A stretch of DNA of 64,000 nucleotides from Candidatus Tepidifontimicrobium thermophilum (GTDB taxonomy: Bacteria > Sysuimicrobiota > Sysuimicrobiia > Sysuimicrobiales > Sysuimicrobiaceae), in the NCBI GenBank assembly GCA_031459915.1, contig JAVKHO010000005.1, positions 64,806 to 128,805 of the forward strand. Direction: 5' to 3'. The notes below the pieces were generated by a model. That model was given only the letters and a program-made list of their open reading frames with translations. It was not told where the DNA came from and ran no database searches. Every line of letters begins with the position of its first letter. Positions within the stretch are counted from its first letter, which is position 1. Shown in pieces: positions 36,859 through 46,297 of the stretch. The position numbers and the translations under genes are program-made.

Positions 36859-38502
36859 ATGCCTTCGGGGCCGCTGGCGGGTGTCGTGCGCGACCTCGGG
36901 CTGGAAGAGGACGAGGTCATTCCCTACGGACGGGACAAAGCCAAGGTGGTGGTGGACGCCCTACACCGCAGGCAGGGCCAGCGCGACGGCGCGCTGGTCC
37001 TGGTGACCGGCATCAACCCCACGTCCGCGGGAGAAGGGAAGACCACCACCGCCATCGGGCTTGCGGACGGACTGCGCCGGCTTCGACGCCGCGCCGCGGT
37101 GGCCATCCGCGAGCCGTCCATGGGGCCGTGCTTCGGGCTCAAGGGAGGTGGCACGGGAGGCGGCCGTGCCCAGGTCGTCCCCGCGGAGGACATCAACCTG
37201 CACTTCACCGGCGACCTCCACGCGGTGGCCGCGGCCCACAACCTCGTCGCTTCGGTGGTGGACAACGCCCTGTTCCACCGGACGGTCCCGGAGCTACGTC
37301 CTGAGAACGTGTTGTGGCGCCGGGTACTGGACACCAACGACAGGGCCCTGCGTCAGGTGGTGGTGGGCTTGGGCGGAGGTGCGCACGGAGTGGCGCGGGA
37401 GACCGGCTTCGACATCACCGCGGCCTCCGAGGTCATGGCGGTGCTGTGCCTGGCGGAGGACCGCACAGACCTGAAGCGGCGGCTGAGCCGGATGGTGGTG
37501 GGGGAGCGGGAGGACGGCAGCCCGGTGACGGTGGCGGATCTGGGAGTCGCGGGTGCCGCCGCCGCGTTGCTCAGAGACGCGATCCACCCCAACCTGGTGC
37601 GGACTCTGGAGGGGACCCCGGCCTTCGTGCACGGCGGGCCCTTTGGGAACATCGCACACGGCTGCAGCAGCCTCCTGGCCACCAGGCTGGCGCTGAAGTG
37701 CGCGGAGGTGGTGGTCACCGAGGCGGGGTTCGGTACCGAGCTCGGGGCGGAGAAGTTCGTGCACATTAAGTGCCGCACGGGACGGCTACGGCCCTCCGTG
37801 GCAGTCGTGGTGGCGTCTGTGAGGGCGCTGCGGGTCCACGGCGGTGCCGGGAAACAGGCGGAGGAGCCCGACCCGGCCGCGGTGGAGCGGGGGCTGGCAA
37901 ACCTGGACAAGCACTTGGAGAACGTGCGCCACCTGGGCATGCAGCCCGTGGTGGCCCTGAACGCCTTTGCCGCCGACTCGCGGGACGAGGTGAGGGCCGT
38001 GCTCAGGCACTGCCAGGACCTCGGGGTCCCCGCGGCCCACTTCCGGGGCTGGGAGCTGGGGAGCGAAGGTGCCCTGGAGCTGGCGGAGGTGGTGGACGAG
38101 CTGGTCCGCAATCGCCCCGAACCCACCGAGCCCCGTTACCTGTACGAACCCGCGTGGCCCCTGGCCCGGAAGCTGGAAGCGGTCGCCACCACCCTCTACG
38201 GGGCCGAGGGCGTAGACCTGTCCCCCCGTGCCCGGGCCAGGCTGGCGCGGTACGAGGAGCTGGGTTACGGCGAGCTGGCGGTGTGCGTGGCCAAGACTCA
38301 GTACTCCCTGTCCGACGACCCAGGCAGGCTGGGCCGGCCGCAAGGTTTCCGGGTCACGGTGCGGGACGCCCGCTTGGCCGCGGGGGCGGGCTTCGTGGTG
38401 GTGTACACGGGCGACGTGCTGACCATGCCGGGGCTGCCCAGGCACCCGGCGGCGGAGCGGCTGGACGTGGATCCCACGGGGCGCGTGGTGGGGCTTACGT
38501 AG
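36859..38502 (+). CDS. fhs: Formate--tetrahydrofolate ligase
   Basis: GINPTSAGEGKTT, INLHFTGD, VHGGPFGNIAHG, TEAGFG, CVAKTQYSLSD and TMPGLP. Confidence 0.96.
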   Translation: MPSGPLAGVVRDLGLEEDEVIPYGRDKAKVVVDALHRRQGQRDGALVLVTGINPTSAGEGKTTTAIGLADGLRRLRRRAAVAIREPSMGPCFGLKGGGTGGGRAQVVPAEDINLHFTGDLHAVAAAHNLVASVVDNALFHRTVPELRPENVLWRRVLDTNDRALRQVVVGLGGGAHGVARETGFDITAASEVMAVLCLAEDRTDLKRRLSRMVVGEREDGSPVTVADLGVAGAAAALLRDAIHPNLVRTLEGTPAFVHGGPFGNIAHGCSSLLATRLALKCAEVVVTEAGFGTELGAEKFVHIKCRTGRLRPSVAVVVASVRALRVHGGAGKQAEEPDPAAVERGLANLDKHLENVRHLGMQPVVALNAFAADSRDEVRAVLRHCQDLGVPAAHFRGWELGSEGALELAEVVDELVRNRPEPTEPRYLYEPAWPLARKLEAVATTLYGAEGVDLSPRARARLARYEELGYGELAVCVAKTQYSLSDDPGRLGRPQGFRVTVRDARLAAGAGFVVVYTGDVLTMPGLPRHPAAERLDVDPTGRVVGLT

Positions 38503-40087
38503 CCACCTCCGACAGCTCCGCCTCCCGGGCGGATGGAGAGCTGGTCGGGGCGGGCAACACTTCGGTCCGTGCTCCGTGCCCGCGGTAGTGAAGCAGCCAG
38601 GAACACTGGCCGCGCGCGGCGTCGGGCACCGGCGCCACCCAGGTGCTTTCCCAGGTCTCCAGCTCGCCCGTGTACCTGGCCAGCCGGTAAATCCGGGCGT
38701 GGATGCACTCCCGGTCGCCGAACTCGCAGGTGTTGCCGTCCGTGCCCCCGCAGGGACCGTTGGCCAGCCCCTTCGGGCAGGTCTCCGGGCACACGAAGAA
38801 GGTGTGGGGCAGCCTGCAGGTGCCGCAGAGCTGGCACCCGAGCCAAGGCCCCTTGATGGCGCCTTCCGCCCGCGTGAGGAATCGTCCCACGGGGCCGGCG
38901 GGGTCCACGCGCCGGAGGACACCTCCGAGGGCCTGCGACGCAGGTGAGGCGGGGTCGAACACCCACCGGTCCACGGCCCCGAGGATGCGGAAGCCCCTCA
39001 GCTCCGACGCGGAAGGTAAGGCCCCACCCTCGGCCGGTCCGTCCAGGTAGTACGCGCCCTCGGGCGTTAGCTGCACCGGCCGGCCGTCCGGGTGCTGCAT
39101 CGCCGCCTCCCAGGCTGCCTGCCAGGTGGCGAGGTCGGGGCACGTCTCCGCCAGGTCCTCCACCGTCTGAAGGAGCTCCTCGAGGGTACGTGGGGTGTGC
39201 ACGCCGCAGAGGTGGGCGCCACTCAGTCCCAGCCGCATCGCTCCGACCACGTGCAGGGCTGCGCGTCGGATCGCCTGTCGCCTCCCGTGGTCGGCAGACT
39301 GGGCCTCCGACTCCAGGCATCGGAGGAGGTCGGGGGGCACGTACACCCCGGGCAGGGAGCTACCCTGCAGCAGCCGTGCGGCCACCCTGGGAGTGAGGAG
39401 CCACACCGTGGCCAACACCGGAGCACGGAAGCCCCTGGCGCCTAGCCACCGGACCACCTCCGCCAGCTTGCGGGGGTCCCAGCCGATCTGCGTCATGAGG
39501 AAGTCCGCACCGGCCCGCAGCTTCTTCGCGGCCTTCACGTACTGGCCCCAGAGGGCTTCCTCCCGGTACTTGAAGGGGTTGACGGCAGCGGCCAGGAGCG
39601 AGTTGGGGAGGCGTTGCCGCGCGATGCGGAGGGCGTCCACGGAGTCCAGGTAGCGGTCCGCCCCTGCAGGAGCAGCCTCCCGTAGGGCGTCGCCCGTGAG
39701 GAGGAGGAAGCTGGACAGCCCCCAGCTGCGGGCGCGGTCCAGGTCAGCCTCTAGATCCCGAACCGTGCGCCCCTTACCTGCCCAGTGGACCAGGGGTACC
39801 GACCCGGTCGCTTCCACCACTTGCGCCGCCACGAGGACCGGGTCGTGGTCCCGGTCGGTGCGCACCCGGTCTGAGACCGTAAGCGCATCCACCCGTCCAT
39901 CCTGTTCCAGCCAGCGGGCGAGGCCCAGGACCTCGGCGAGCACGTGCTCGAGGGGTTTGGAGCCCACTAGCGGCGGCGACTCCACGGTGAGCGCGAAGGC
40001 TCCCCGCTGGAGCCGCTCCGCCAGGCGGTTCCGGTACCCCGTCTGCGGCTGGCGGCGGGGGGAGGAGGACCCGGAAGGGCCCATCAC
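38495..40087 (-). CDS. metF: Methylenetetrahydrofolate reductase with fused C-terminal Cys-rich MetV/MTHFR_C domain
   Basis: PLVHWAGKGR, LLLTGD and KKLRAGADFLMTQIGWD; C-terminal CQLCGTCRL...CPETCPKGLANGPCGG...CEF...ECIH. GTG 40087 overlaps the ligM stop. Confidence 0.85.
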   Translation of the reverse strand: MMGPSGSSSPRRQPQTGYRNRLAERLQRGAFALTVESPPLVGSKPLEHVLAEVLGLARWLEQDGRVDALTVSDRVRTDRDHDPVLVAAQVVEATGSVPLVHWAGKGRTVRDLEADLDRARSWGLSSFLLLTGDALREAAPAGADRYLDSVDALRIARQRLPNSLLAAAVNPFKYREEALWGQYVKAAKKLRAGADFLMTQIGWDPRKLAEVVRWLGARGFRAPVLATVWLLTPRVAARLLQGSSLPGVYVPPDLLRCLESEAQSADHGRRQAIRRAALHVVGAMRLGLSGAHLCGVHTPRTLEELLQTVEDLAETCPDLATWQAAWEAAMQHPDGRPVQLTPEGAYYLDGPAEGGALPSASELRGFRILGAVDRWVFDPASPASQALGGVLRRVDPAGPVGRFLTRAEGAIKGPWLGCQLCGTCRLPHTFFVCPETCPKGLANGPCGGTDGNTCEFGDRECIHARIYRLARYTGELETWESTWVAPVPDAARGQCSWLLHYRGHGARTEVLPAPTSSPSAREAELSEVAT

Positions 40088-41481
40088 CGGCGCGTCACCG
40101 CGGCCCGGTACTGCCGTGCGGCCTCCGAGAAGGGCACCGGTGCCACGGTGGCCCGGATCTCCGTCTGTACATGGGGCTCCACGCTCGGCTTCCGGGACCC
40201 GCCCCCTTCCTCGCCCCAGACCACCACCACCCGCGTGCCCGGCTGGCTGTACTCCTCCTGCACGATGGCCAGGGACAGCATCGCGGAGTCGTTCCAGCTG
40301 TAGCCCGGCCACATGGAGACCCCCACCACCTCCCCCTGGCGGTTCAAGACCTTGTCGTACATCCAGGTGGCGTACTGGGAGACCGGCAGGTCGATGTACT
40401 TGGCCTGCTGCCCGATGGGTCTGGTGAACAGGGTCCCGAACGCCCGCGCCACGTCTTCCCCGTCCCACACCAGGGTTACCCTGCGGCGGTGCGGCCCCGG
40501 GGCCTTGGCCTGCAGGGCCTCCCGGCCCACGAACTCGTGGTCGAACTTCACGATGTGGCCGTAACCCAGTTCCCACGGTGTGAGGTAGTAGTCCTCGATG
40601 TTGCGAGAGTAGAAGCTCCCGCCCAGGGAGCCCACCGCCTCGTAGCTGTTGGCCGGGAGCCACTCCCGGTACGGCCGCAACTCCTCGCCGGTGTAGATGG
40701 CGGGGAGGGGACAGGGGATCCAGCCGGAGTCCAGCGCGTTGGTGGCGTACGCCCGCGACCCCACCTGCCGTAACCCGAACTCCTTACCGGCCTCCACGAT
40801 GGCCGCCTTCACCTCGGGCCCCTCCTCGAAGGGCCCGAACAGCTCCGCGCCCGCCACCCCCGCCATCCCGTGGTGCAGCATGCGCACCCTACGGCCCGCG
40901 ATGGTGATCCAGCCCATGTGGAAGAACTTCACGTCCGGAAGCGGCCCCCCGTTGAGCTTCTCCAGCAGCGCGGGGGCGTTCGGGCCCTGAAGCTGGAAGC
41001 GGTACACCTTGCGGGGCCGGTGGGGGTCCAGGACCGACCACTCGTCGCGTTCGAGCTCCACCCGGTACCCGCCCGTCTGGGCGTGGTACTGAACCCAGTT
41101 GTGGGCGGAGGGGCGGCCCACCAGCTGGAAGCTCTCGCGGTCCAGGTAAAAGAGGATGCCGTCCCCGATCACGTACCCCGCGGGGCTGCACACCACCAGC
41201 TGCTTGGCGCGCCCCGGCTCGAAGTTCCTGAAGCTGTTGATGGCCAGGTGTTCCAGTAACCGGAAGGCGTCCGGGCCCCGGACGTACAGGTCCGTCATGT
41301 GGTAGGACAGGTCGTACAGCGCCACCGTCTCCCGCCAGGAGCGCTGCTCGTCCCTCCAGTTGGTGAACTCCGGCGGGACCACCGGGTAGATGCGGGTCCC
41401 GGTGCGGTTGTTGTACAGGTAGTCGGTGATGCTGGGCACCGAGTCCAGCACTTCCTGAAGGTTGCGCGGCGCGGTGCTCAT
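40084..41481 (-). CDS. ligM: THF-dependent aryl O-demethylase (LigM/DesA, GcvT family)
   Basis: YPVVPPEFTNWRDEQRSWRETVAL, GYVIGDGILFYL, HHGMAG, SGWIPCPLPAIYTG, GGSFYSRNIEDYYLTPWELGY and VEPHVQTEIRATV. Confidence 0.87.
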   Translation of the reverse strand: MSTAPRNLQEVLDSVPSITDYLYNNRTGTRIYPVVPPEFTNWRDEQRSWRETVALYDLSYHMTDLYVRGPDAFRLLEHLAINSFRNFEPGRAKQLVVCSPAGYVIGDGILFYLDRESFQLVGRPSAHNWVQYHAQTGGYRVELERDEWSVLDPHRPRKVYRFQLQGPNAPALLEKLNGGPLPDVKFFHMGWITIAGRRVRMLHHGMAGVAGAELFGPFEEGPEVKAAIVEAGKEFGLRQVGSRAYATNALDSGWIPCPLPAIYTGEELRPYREWLPANSYEAVGSLGGSFYSRNIEDYYLTPWELGYGHIVKFDHEFVGREALQAKAPGPHRRRVTLVWDGEDVARAFGTLFTRPIGQQAKYIDLPVSQYATWMYDKVLNRQGEVVGVSMWPGYSWNDSAMLSLAIVQEEYSQPGTRVVVVWGEEGGGSRKPSVEPHVQTEIRATVAPVPFSEAARQYRAAVTRR

Positions 41482-42518
41482 GCCCAATCCCCCCTTTCGC
41501 GGACGGGTGATTCCTTCCCACGCGACTCCAGGCGGCCGGCGACCACCTCCACGGGAGGCGTGCCGTAGGTGTGGAAGGTGGCCACGGTGGGAAGCCCCCA
41601 CGCCTGGCCCTTCTTCCGCTCCGCCTCGCTCCACACGACCGGCCTCCAGTCGGGTGCCAGGATCAGGCGGGCCCCGGGGCAGGCGACCTCGAAGCGGTTC
41701 CCGCCCGGCTCGTACACGTACAGGAAGAAGGTCTGCTGGATGGCGTGCTTGTGGGGGCCGGTCTCGATGTACACCCCGTGCTCGAGACAGATGTCCGCGG
41801 CGCGCAGGACCTCCTCCCGGCTGTCCACCGCGTAGGTCAGGTGGTGGAACCGGCCGCGGCTCCCGGTGGCGTCTTCGGTGATGGCCAGCTCGTAGCTCTT
41901 GTTGCAGACACTGAGCCAGGCACCTTTCTCCGACCCGTCGTCGAACACCACCACCTCCGTGAGGCGGAACCCCAGGACCTCCTGGAAGAAGCGGCGGCTG
42001 GCGCGCACGTCCGCGGCGAAGAAGTTCACGTGGTCCAGGCGCCGGAGGTTGCAACCCCGGGCAGGGAAGCGGGACGCCTGGTTCTTCAGCGCGGGCTTGG
42101 TCTGGGGCGTGGGGCGGTACCACTCTACCTCGTACAGCAGCTCCAGCACGTGGCCGTCCGGGTCCCGGAACCGGTACGCGGGACCGTGGCCCAGGTCTCC
42201 GTCCACCCATCCCTCGCCCAGGCCGGTCCGCTCCACGGCCTCCACGCGCCGCCGCAAGGCCTCGGGGCTGCTGGTCCGGAAGGCGCAGTGCCCCATGCCG
42301 GGCCAGGGGGACGCGGTGACCTTCAAGGTGTGGTGCGCGTAGTCGTCCCAGCCGCGCAGGTAGACCGAATCGCCCTGCCGGCCGGTCTCCACGAGCCCCA
42401 TGACCTCGGTGAAAAACCGGACGGTGTCGTCCGGGGTGGGGGTGAGCAGTTCCACGTGGCAGAGATGCGCCACGTCGAAGCTGAGAGGCCCTACGGAGAA
42501 CTGGACGTCGTCCACCAC
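41478..42518 (-). CDS. Extradiol dioxygenase, VOC/type I (catechol 2,3-dioxygenase family)
   Basis: HLCHVELLTP, SVYLRGWDDY, LDHVN, FHHLTY and GPHKHAIQQTFFLYVYEPGGNRFE. Confidence 0.9.
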   Translation of the reverse strand: MVDDVQFSVGPLSFDVAHLCHVELLTPTPDDTVRFFTEVMGLVETGRQGDSVYLRGWDDYAHHTLKVTASPWPGMGHCAFRTSSPEALRRRVEAVERTGLGEGWVDGDLGHGPAYRFRDPDGHVLELLYEVEWYRPTPQTKPALKNQASRFPARGCNLRRLDHVNFFAADVRASRRFFQEVLGFRLTEVVVFDDGSEKGAWLSVCNKSYELAITEDATGSRGRFHHLTYAVDSREEVLRAADICLEHGVYIETGPHKHAIQQTFFLYVYEPGGNRFEVACPGARLILAPDWRPVVWSEAERKKGQAWGLPTVATFHTYGTPPVEVVAGRLESRGKESPVRERGDWA

Positions 42519-42537
42519 GCCCCACCCCCTTGGCCCG

Positions 42538-43164
42538 TTAGCTGCCGCCCTCCACCTGGCGCCGGAGGCCGTGCAGGTCGTACGTGAGGGCACCCTGCTC
42601 CAGCTGCGCCCGCAACATCGCCTCCCGGGCGGCCCGGGCGCGGGCCGCCTCCAGCACCGCGGCCACCCGGTCCGCGGCTACCACCACCGCGCCGTCCGCG
42701 TCCAGCACCACCACGTCCCCTGGCCGTATGGTAGCCCCGCCCACGGTCACGGGCACGTCCAGGGCGCCCAGCGCGGACTTGCCCGCCCCGCGGACGGACA
42801 CGAACCGCGCCCAGATGGGCAGGCCCAGGGCCTGCAGGTCCTCCAGGTCGCGGACGGCTCCGTCCACCAGGATGGCGGCCGCGCCCCGCGCCTTCGCCTG
42901 CACCGCCAGCAGCTCCCCCACGAGGGCCACCGGGGCGGGCTCCGGCATGGTGAGCACCAGTACCTCACCAGGGCGGACCCGCTCCATGACCGCGTGCACC
43001 ATGAGGTTGTCGTCCTGACCGCACCGGACCGTGCGGGCGGGGCCCGCCGCCCGGCTCCCGGGGACCACGCGGATCCACGGTCCCTCCACCAGGCCGGTGC
43101 GTCCCCCTGCCTCGTACACGGTGGCGACCCCCAACCGTGCCAGTTCGGCCGCGTCTGCGTTCAC
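42538..43164 (-). CDS. 4-carboxy-4-hydroxy-2-oxoadipate (HMG/CHA) aldolase, RraA-like (LigK/GalC type)
   Basis: LGVATVYEA, GQDDNLMVHA, GELLAVQA, DGAVRD and PGDVVVLDADG. Confidence 0.85.
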   Translation of the reverse strand: MNADAAELARLGVATVYEAGGRTGLVEGPWIRVVPGSRAAGPARTVRCGQDDNLMVHAVMERVRPGEVLVLTMPEPAPVALVGELLAVQAKARGAAAILVDGAVRDLEDLQALGLPIWARFVSVRGAGKSALGALDVPVTVGGATIRPGDVVVLDADGAVVVAADRVAAVLEAARARAAREAMLRAQLEQGALTYDLHGLRRQVEGGS

Positions 43165-43889
43165 AGCCCCCTCACCACCTGTGGCAGGAGGCGCTGGAAC
43201 GCCTCCGCGTACTGGATGCTGCGGTCTCCGGAGATCCGGCGTGCGTGGTTGGCGCGCCGCTCCGCCATGGCCGTGTAGTACGCCACCAGGTACCGCTGGG
43301 ATGCGACCGCCTCCATCGCCCGCAGCTTCAGCGGGAACACCGGCGTGATGTCGAGGAAGGTGGTGGGCACGAACCCGCACAGCTCGGACTGGTGCGGCTC
43401 GAAGGCGAGGACCTGAGCCGGCGGCACCGTCTGGAAGGCGCTCGCGACCCCGGCCCCGGAAGCCAGCTGGCGCGCCCGCTCCGTGGCCTGGTACGCGACA
43501 GGGTGGTCGGGGTTGAAGGGGTCGCGTTCCGGGTGGGTGAGGATGACGTCAGGCGCCCACTCCCGGATGACCGCGGCCAGCTGCTCGGTGGCCTCCCGGC
43601 CCGCCTCCAGGGGGTAGTCGCCCCAGTCCAGGCAGCGGAAGGGGGCACCGAGGATCTCCGCCGCGCGGGTCGCCTCTTCGTGGCGGATGGCCTTCACCCG
43701 GTCCACCGTCTGGCCCGGTTCCGCCCACAGCTCACCGGACTCGCCCCGCTCACCGTAGGACAGCGCGACCACCAGGGCCTGGCCGCCCGCGCGGGTTACG
43801 GTGGCGATGGCACCGCCGGCACGCCACACGAAGTCCGCGGCGTGCGCGCTCACCACCAACAACCGCTGGGCCACGGTGTTCCCCCCCAT
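43161..43889 (-). CDS. galB: 4-oxalomesaconate hydratase (PIG-L family)
   Basis: VVSAHAADFVWRAGGAIA, SYGERGES, DPFNPDHP, FEPHQSELC and YAEAFQR. Confidence 0.85.
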   Translation of the reverse strand: MGGNTVAQRLLVVSAHAADFVWRAGGAIATVTRAGGQALVVALSYGERGESGELWAEPGQTVDRVKAIRHEEATRAAEILGAPFRCLDWGDYPLEAGREATEQLAAVIREWAPDVILTHPERDPFNPDHPVAYQATERARQLASGAGVASAFQTVPPAQVLAFEPHQSELCGFVPTTFLDITPVFPLKLRAMEAVASQRYLVAYYTAMAERRANHARRISGDRSIQYAEAFQRLLPQVVRGL

Positions 43890-43895
43890 GTCAGG

Positions 43896-44573
43896 TTACG
43901 GGGCCGCTGCGGGCCACGTCCGGCGCGCCACCTCCCGCAGGCTGGTCAGGACCGCCTGAAGGTGCGCCCTCATCCGAGCCTCCGCAGCGTCCGGGTCCTT
44001 CGCGGCCACGGCGTCCACGATGGCCCTGTGCTCTTCCAGGGAACGCGGCAGCCGACCCGGCGCCAGGACGGTGCGGTACTGGTACCGGACCATCTGCGCC
44101 CACAGCGAGTCCAGCAGGCGCTGTGCGGTGGCGTGCCCGCTGGCCCGCACCAGCACGTGGTGGAAGCGCCCGTTGCACTCGGAGTACCCCAGGGAGTCTC
44201 CCCGTCGCGCACAGGCGGCCATCTCGCGGAGGATCGCCCGCAGCTCGCGGACGTCCTGCGGCCGCGCGCGGAGGGCCGCGTGGCGGGCTGCCAAGCACTC
44301 CAGGGCCGCGCGGGCCTCGAGGATCTCCACGGCCTCTTCCTCCGTGAGCAGCCGGACTCGCGCGCCCCGGTTGGGCGACCGCTCCACCACTCCCTCCTGT
44401 TCCAGACGCGCCAGGGCGGTGCGGACCGCGGCCCGGCCGACGCCCAGCATGCGGGCCAGCTCCGTCTCCACCAGCCGCTGCCCCGGGACCAGGCGGCCTT
44501 CCAGGACCGCCCGGCGGAGCTGCTGGTAGCAGTAGGCCTCGCCCTCGCCCCGCTTGGGCCGTACGGCCCTCAA
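43896..44573 (-). CDS. GntR (FadR/FCD) family transcriptional regulator
   Basis: YQQLRRAVLEGRLVPGQRLVETELARMLGVGRAAVRTAL and an FCD domain EHRAIVDA; TTG start after GGAGGAG. Confidence 0.9.
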   Translation of the reverse strand: MRAVRPKRGEGEAYCYQQLRRAVLEGRLVPGQRLVETELARMLGVGRAAVRTALARLEQEGVVERSPNRGARVRLLTEEEAVEILEARAALECLAARHAALRARPQDVRELRAILREMAACARRGDSLGYSECNGRFHHVLVRASGHATAQRLLDSLWAQMVRYQYRTVLAPGRLPRSLEEHRAIVDAVAAKDPDAAEARMRAHLQAVLTSLREVARRTWPAAAP

Positions 44574-45499
44574 CGCTCCTCCTCCAGTCGCGCGATCCGC
44601 ACGGTATTCTCCACCATGGTCCTGATCTGCGCCTCCTGGAGGCCCAGGGCCAGCAGCCGCTCCGCCAGCAGCGGCAGCCCGTCCTCCACCGGAGGAGCGT
44701 GGACCTGGCCCAGGTCGCTGGACAGGAACGAGTGGGCCGCTCCCACTGCGCGGATGTTTTCGGCCAGCTCCTCCCAGGAGATCTTGCCGCTGTGGGCGGT
44801 ACCGAAGCACCGCTCCAGCCATGCGCCCGCGCGGGCCAGCTGCCGCTGGTCTTCCACGCTCAGCCGCTGGGTGGGAAAGTCGGGGTGGGTGACGACGATG
44901 CACCTCACGCCTGCGGCCCGGGCCTCCTCCACCACGGTGAAGATCTCGTCCCTGGACAGGTGGCCGGTGGCCAGCACCATCCGGTGGCGTGCCACCACCC
45001 GCAGGACCTCCCGCAGCTCCGGTAGCGGTCTGCCGTTGCCGTCCACCACGCGCACCGGTTCCCAGGGCACCCCGCTGCGCTGGAGGTCCTCCTGGAGCGC
45101 CGCCCATACCGGACGTTTCCCCTGTGGGTCAGGAGGCCGGCGGGACGGGCTCTCGTTCTCCGCGTCCACCGTGGGCAGCCACACGATGCGCGCGCCCTCC
45201 CGGGCGGCGATCTCCACCGCGAGGGGGTTAAGGCCGCCTGCCGGACCGTTCAGGCAGATGGAGCCCAGCACGTCCACCTCCGGGACCACGAACCGCGCCA
45301 GCCGCGCCCGGCCTGCGGTGGGACTGTAGTGGGACTTGATGGCGAACCCCGCCATTCCCCGGCGCGCGAACCGGCGGGCGACCTCCACGTCGTTAGCGCT
45401 CCGGGGCAGGACGTCGGGCGCGGTGTGCACGTGGAGGTCGTACGCTCCCCGGACGAGCGCCAGCGCCCGCTCACCGGGTCCTGCGTGCTCCTCCGTCAC
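44570..45499 (-). CDS. DUF6282-type metal-dependent hydrolase (amidohydrolase/PHP-like TIM barrel)
   Basis: DLHVHTAPD, IKSH, VWLPT, ATGH, VTHP and SSDLGQ. Confidence 0.72.
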   Translation of the reverse strand: MTEEHAGPGERALALVRGAYDLHVHTAPDVLPRSANDVEVARRFARRGMAGFAIKSHYSPTAGRARLARFVVPEVDVLGSICLNGPAGGLNPLAVEIAAREGARIVWLPTVDAENESPSRRPPDPQGKRPVWAALQEDLQRSGVPWEPVRVVDGNGRPLPELREVLRVVARHRMVLATGHLSRDEIFTVVEEARAAGVRCIVVTHPDFPTQRLSVEDQRQLARAGAWLERCFGTAHSGKISWEELAENIRAVGAAHSFLSSDLGQVHAPPVEDGLPLLAERLLALGLQEAQIRTMVENTVRIARLEEER

Positions 45500-46290
45500 C
45501 GCTGCCCCGCCAGCTCCACAAGCCACCCGACGCAGGCCTGAGCTACCCGCGGCGCGACCCCAAGCTCCTCCAACAGCTCGCAGGCGGCCCGCATCTCGTC
45601 GGCCCTGCGGGCCGCATGGGTATAGGTGCCTTCCACCAGGCGGCTCAGCAGCGTGGCGTCCGCCTGCTCCAGGGTCTTCGCGATGTCCTCGTAGACTTCC
45701 GCCTCGCAGCCCAGGGCGCGGGCTGCGGCCAGGGCCTCCAGGGCGGAGGCCGCCAGCCCCTTCATGAACACGCTGCGGACCAACTTGCGGCCCGCTGCCA
45801 GGCCCACCTCCGGTCCCAGGACCCGCACCGGCATCCCCAGGGGACCCAGGCGGTCTGCGAGCGCCTGGGCGCCGGGGCCGCTGGCCAGGGCAGGAGTGCG
45901 GATGCCCCTTCCGGGGACGGGTGCCATGAGCGCGACGTCTGCGAACAGCGCCCCAGAGGGCTGGACGACCGCCGCAGCCCTCCGCTTGACGGCGGGGGCG
46001 GTGCTGTTGCAGTCCGCGTACACCTGACCTGGCTCCAGCCCGCTCACTGCAGCCTCGGCCACCTGCAGGGCGGAAGAGGGCGTGGTGAGCACCAGGACCA
46101 CGTGGGCCCCCGACGCAGCCGCACGGGGCCCGTCCGCGAGGGCCACGCCTTCGGGGATGCGCTTGGGCTCAGGGTCCCAGCCCACCACCCGGACGCCCGC
46201 GCGGGCCAGGTCCTCCGCGACGGCACTCCCCGCCTCGCCCAAACCGAAGACGGCCACCCCCAGGATGGCTGCCCGTGCGCCTGGCCGCAT
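45496..46290 (-). CDS. NAD(P)-dependent oxidoreductase (beta-hydroxyacid dehydrogenase-like, DUF1932 C-terminus)
   Basis: GLGEAG, YADCNSTAPAVK, DVALMAPVP, KLVRSVFMKG and HAARRADEM; start placed at ATG 46290 from promoter geometry. Confidence 0.78.
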   Translation of the reverse strand: MRPGARAAILGVAVFGLGEAGSAVAEDLARAGVRVVGWDPEPKRIPEGVALADGPRAAASGAHVVLVLTTPSSALQVAEAAVSGLEPGQVYADCNSTAPAVKRRAAAVVQPSGALFADVALMAPVPGRGIRTPALASGPGAQALADRLGPLGMPVRVLGPEVGLAAGRKLVRSVFMKGLAASALEALAAARALGCEAEVYEDIAKTLEQADATLLSRLVEGTYTHAARRADEMRAACELLEELGVAPRVAQACVGWLVELAGQR

Positions 46291-46297
46291 CGGCCGC

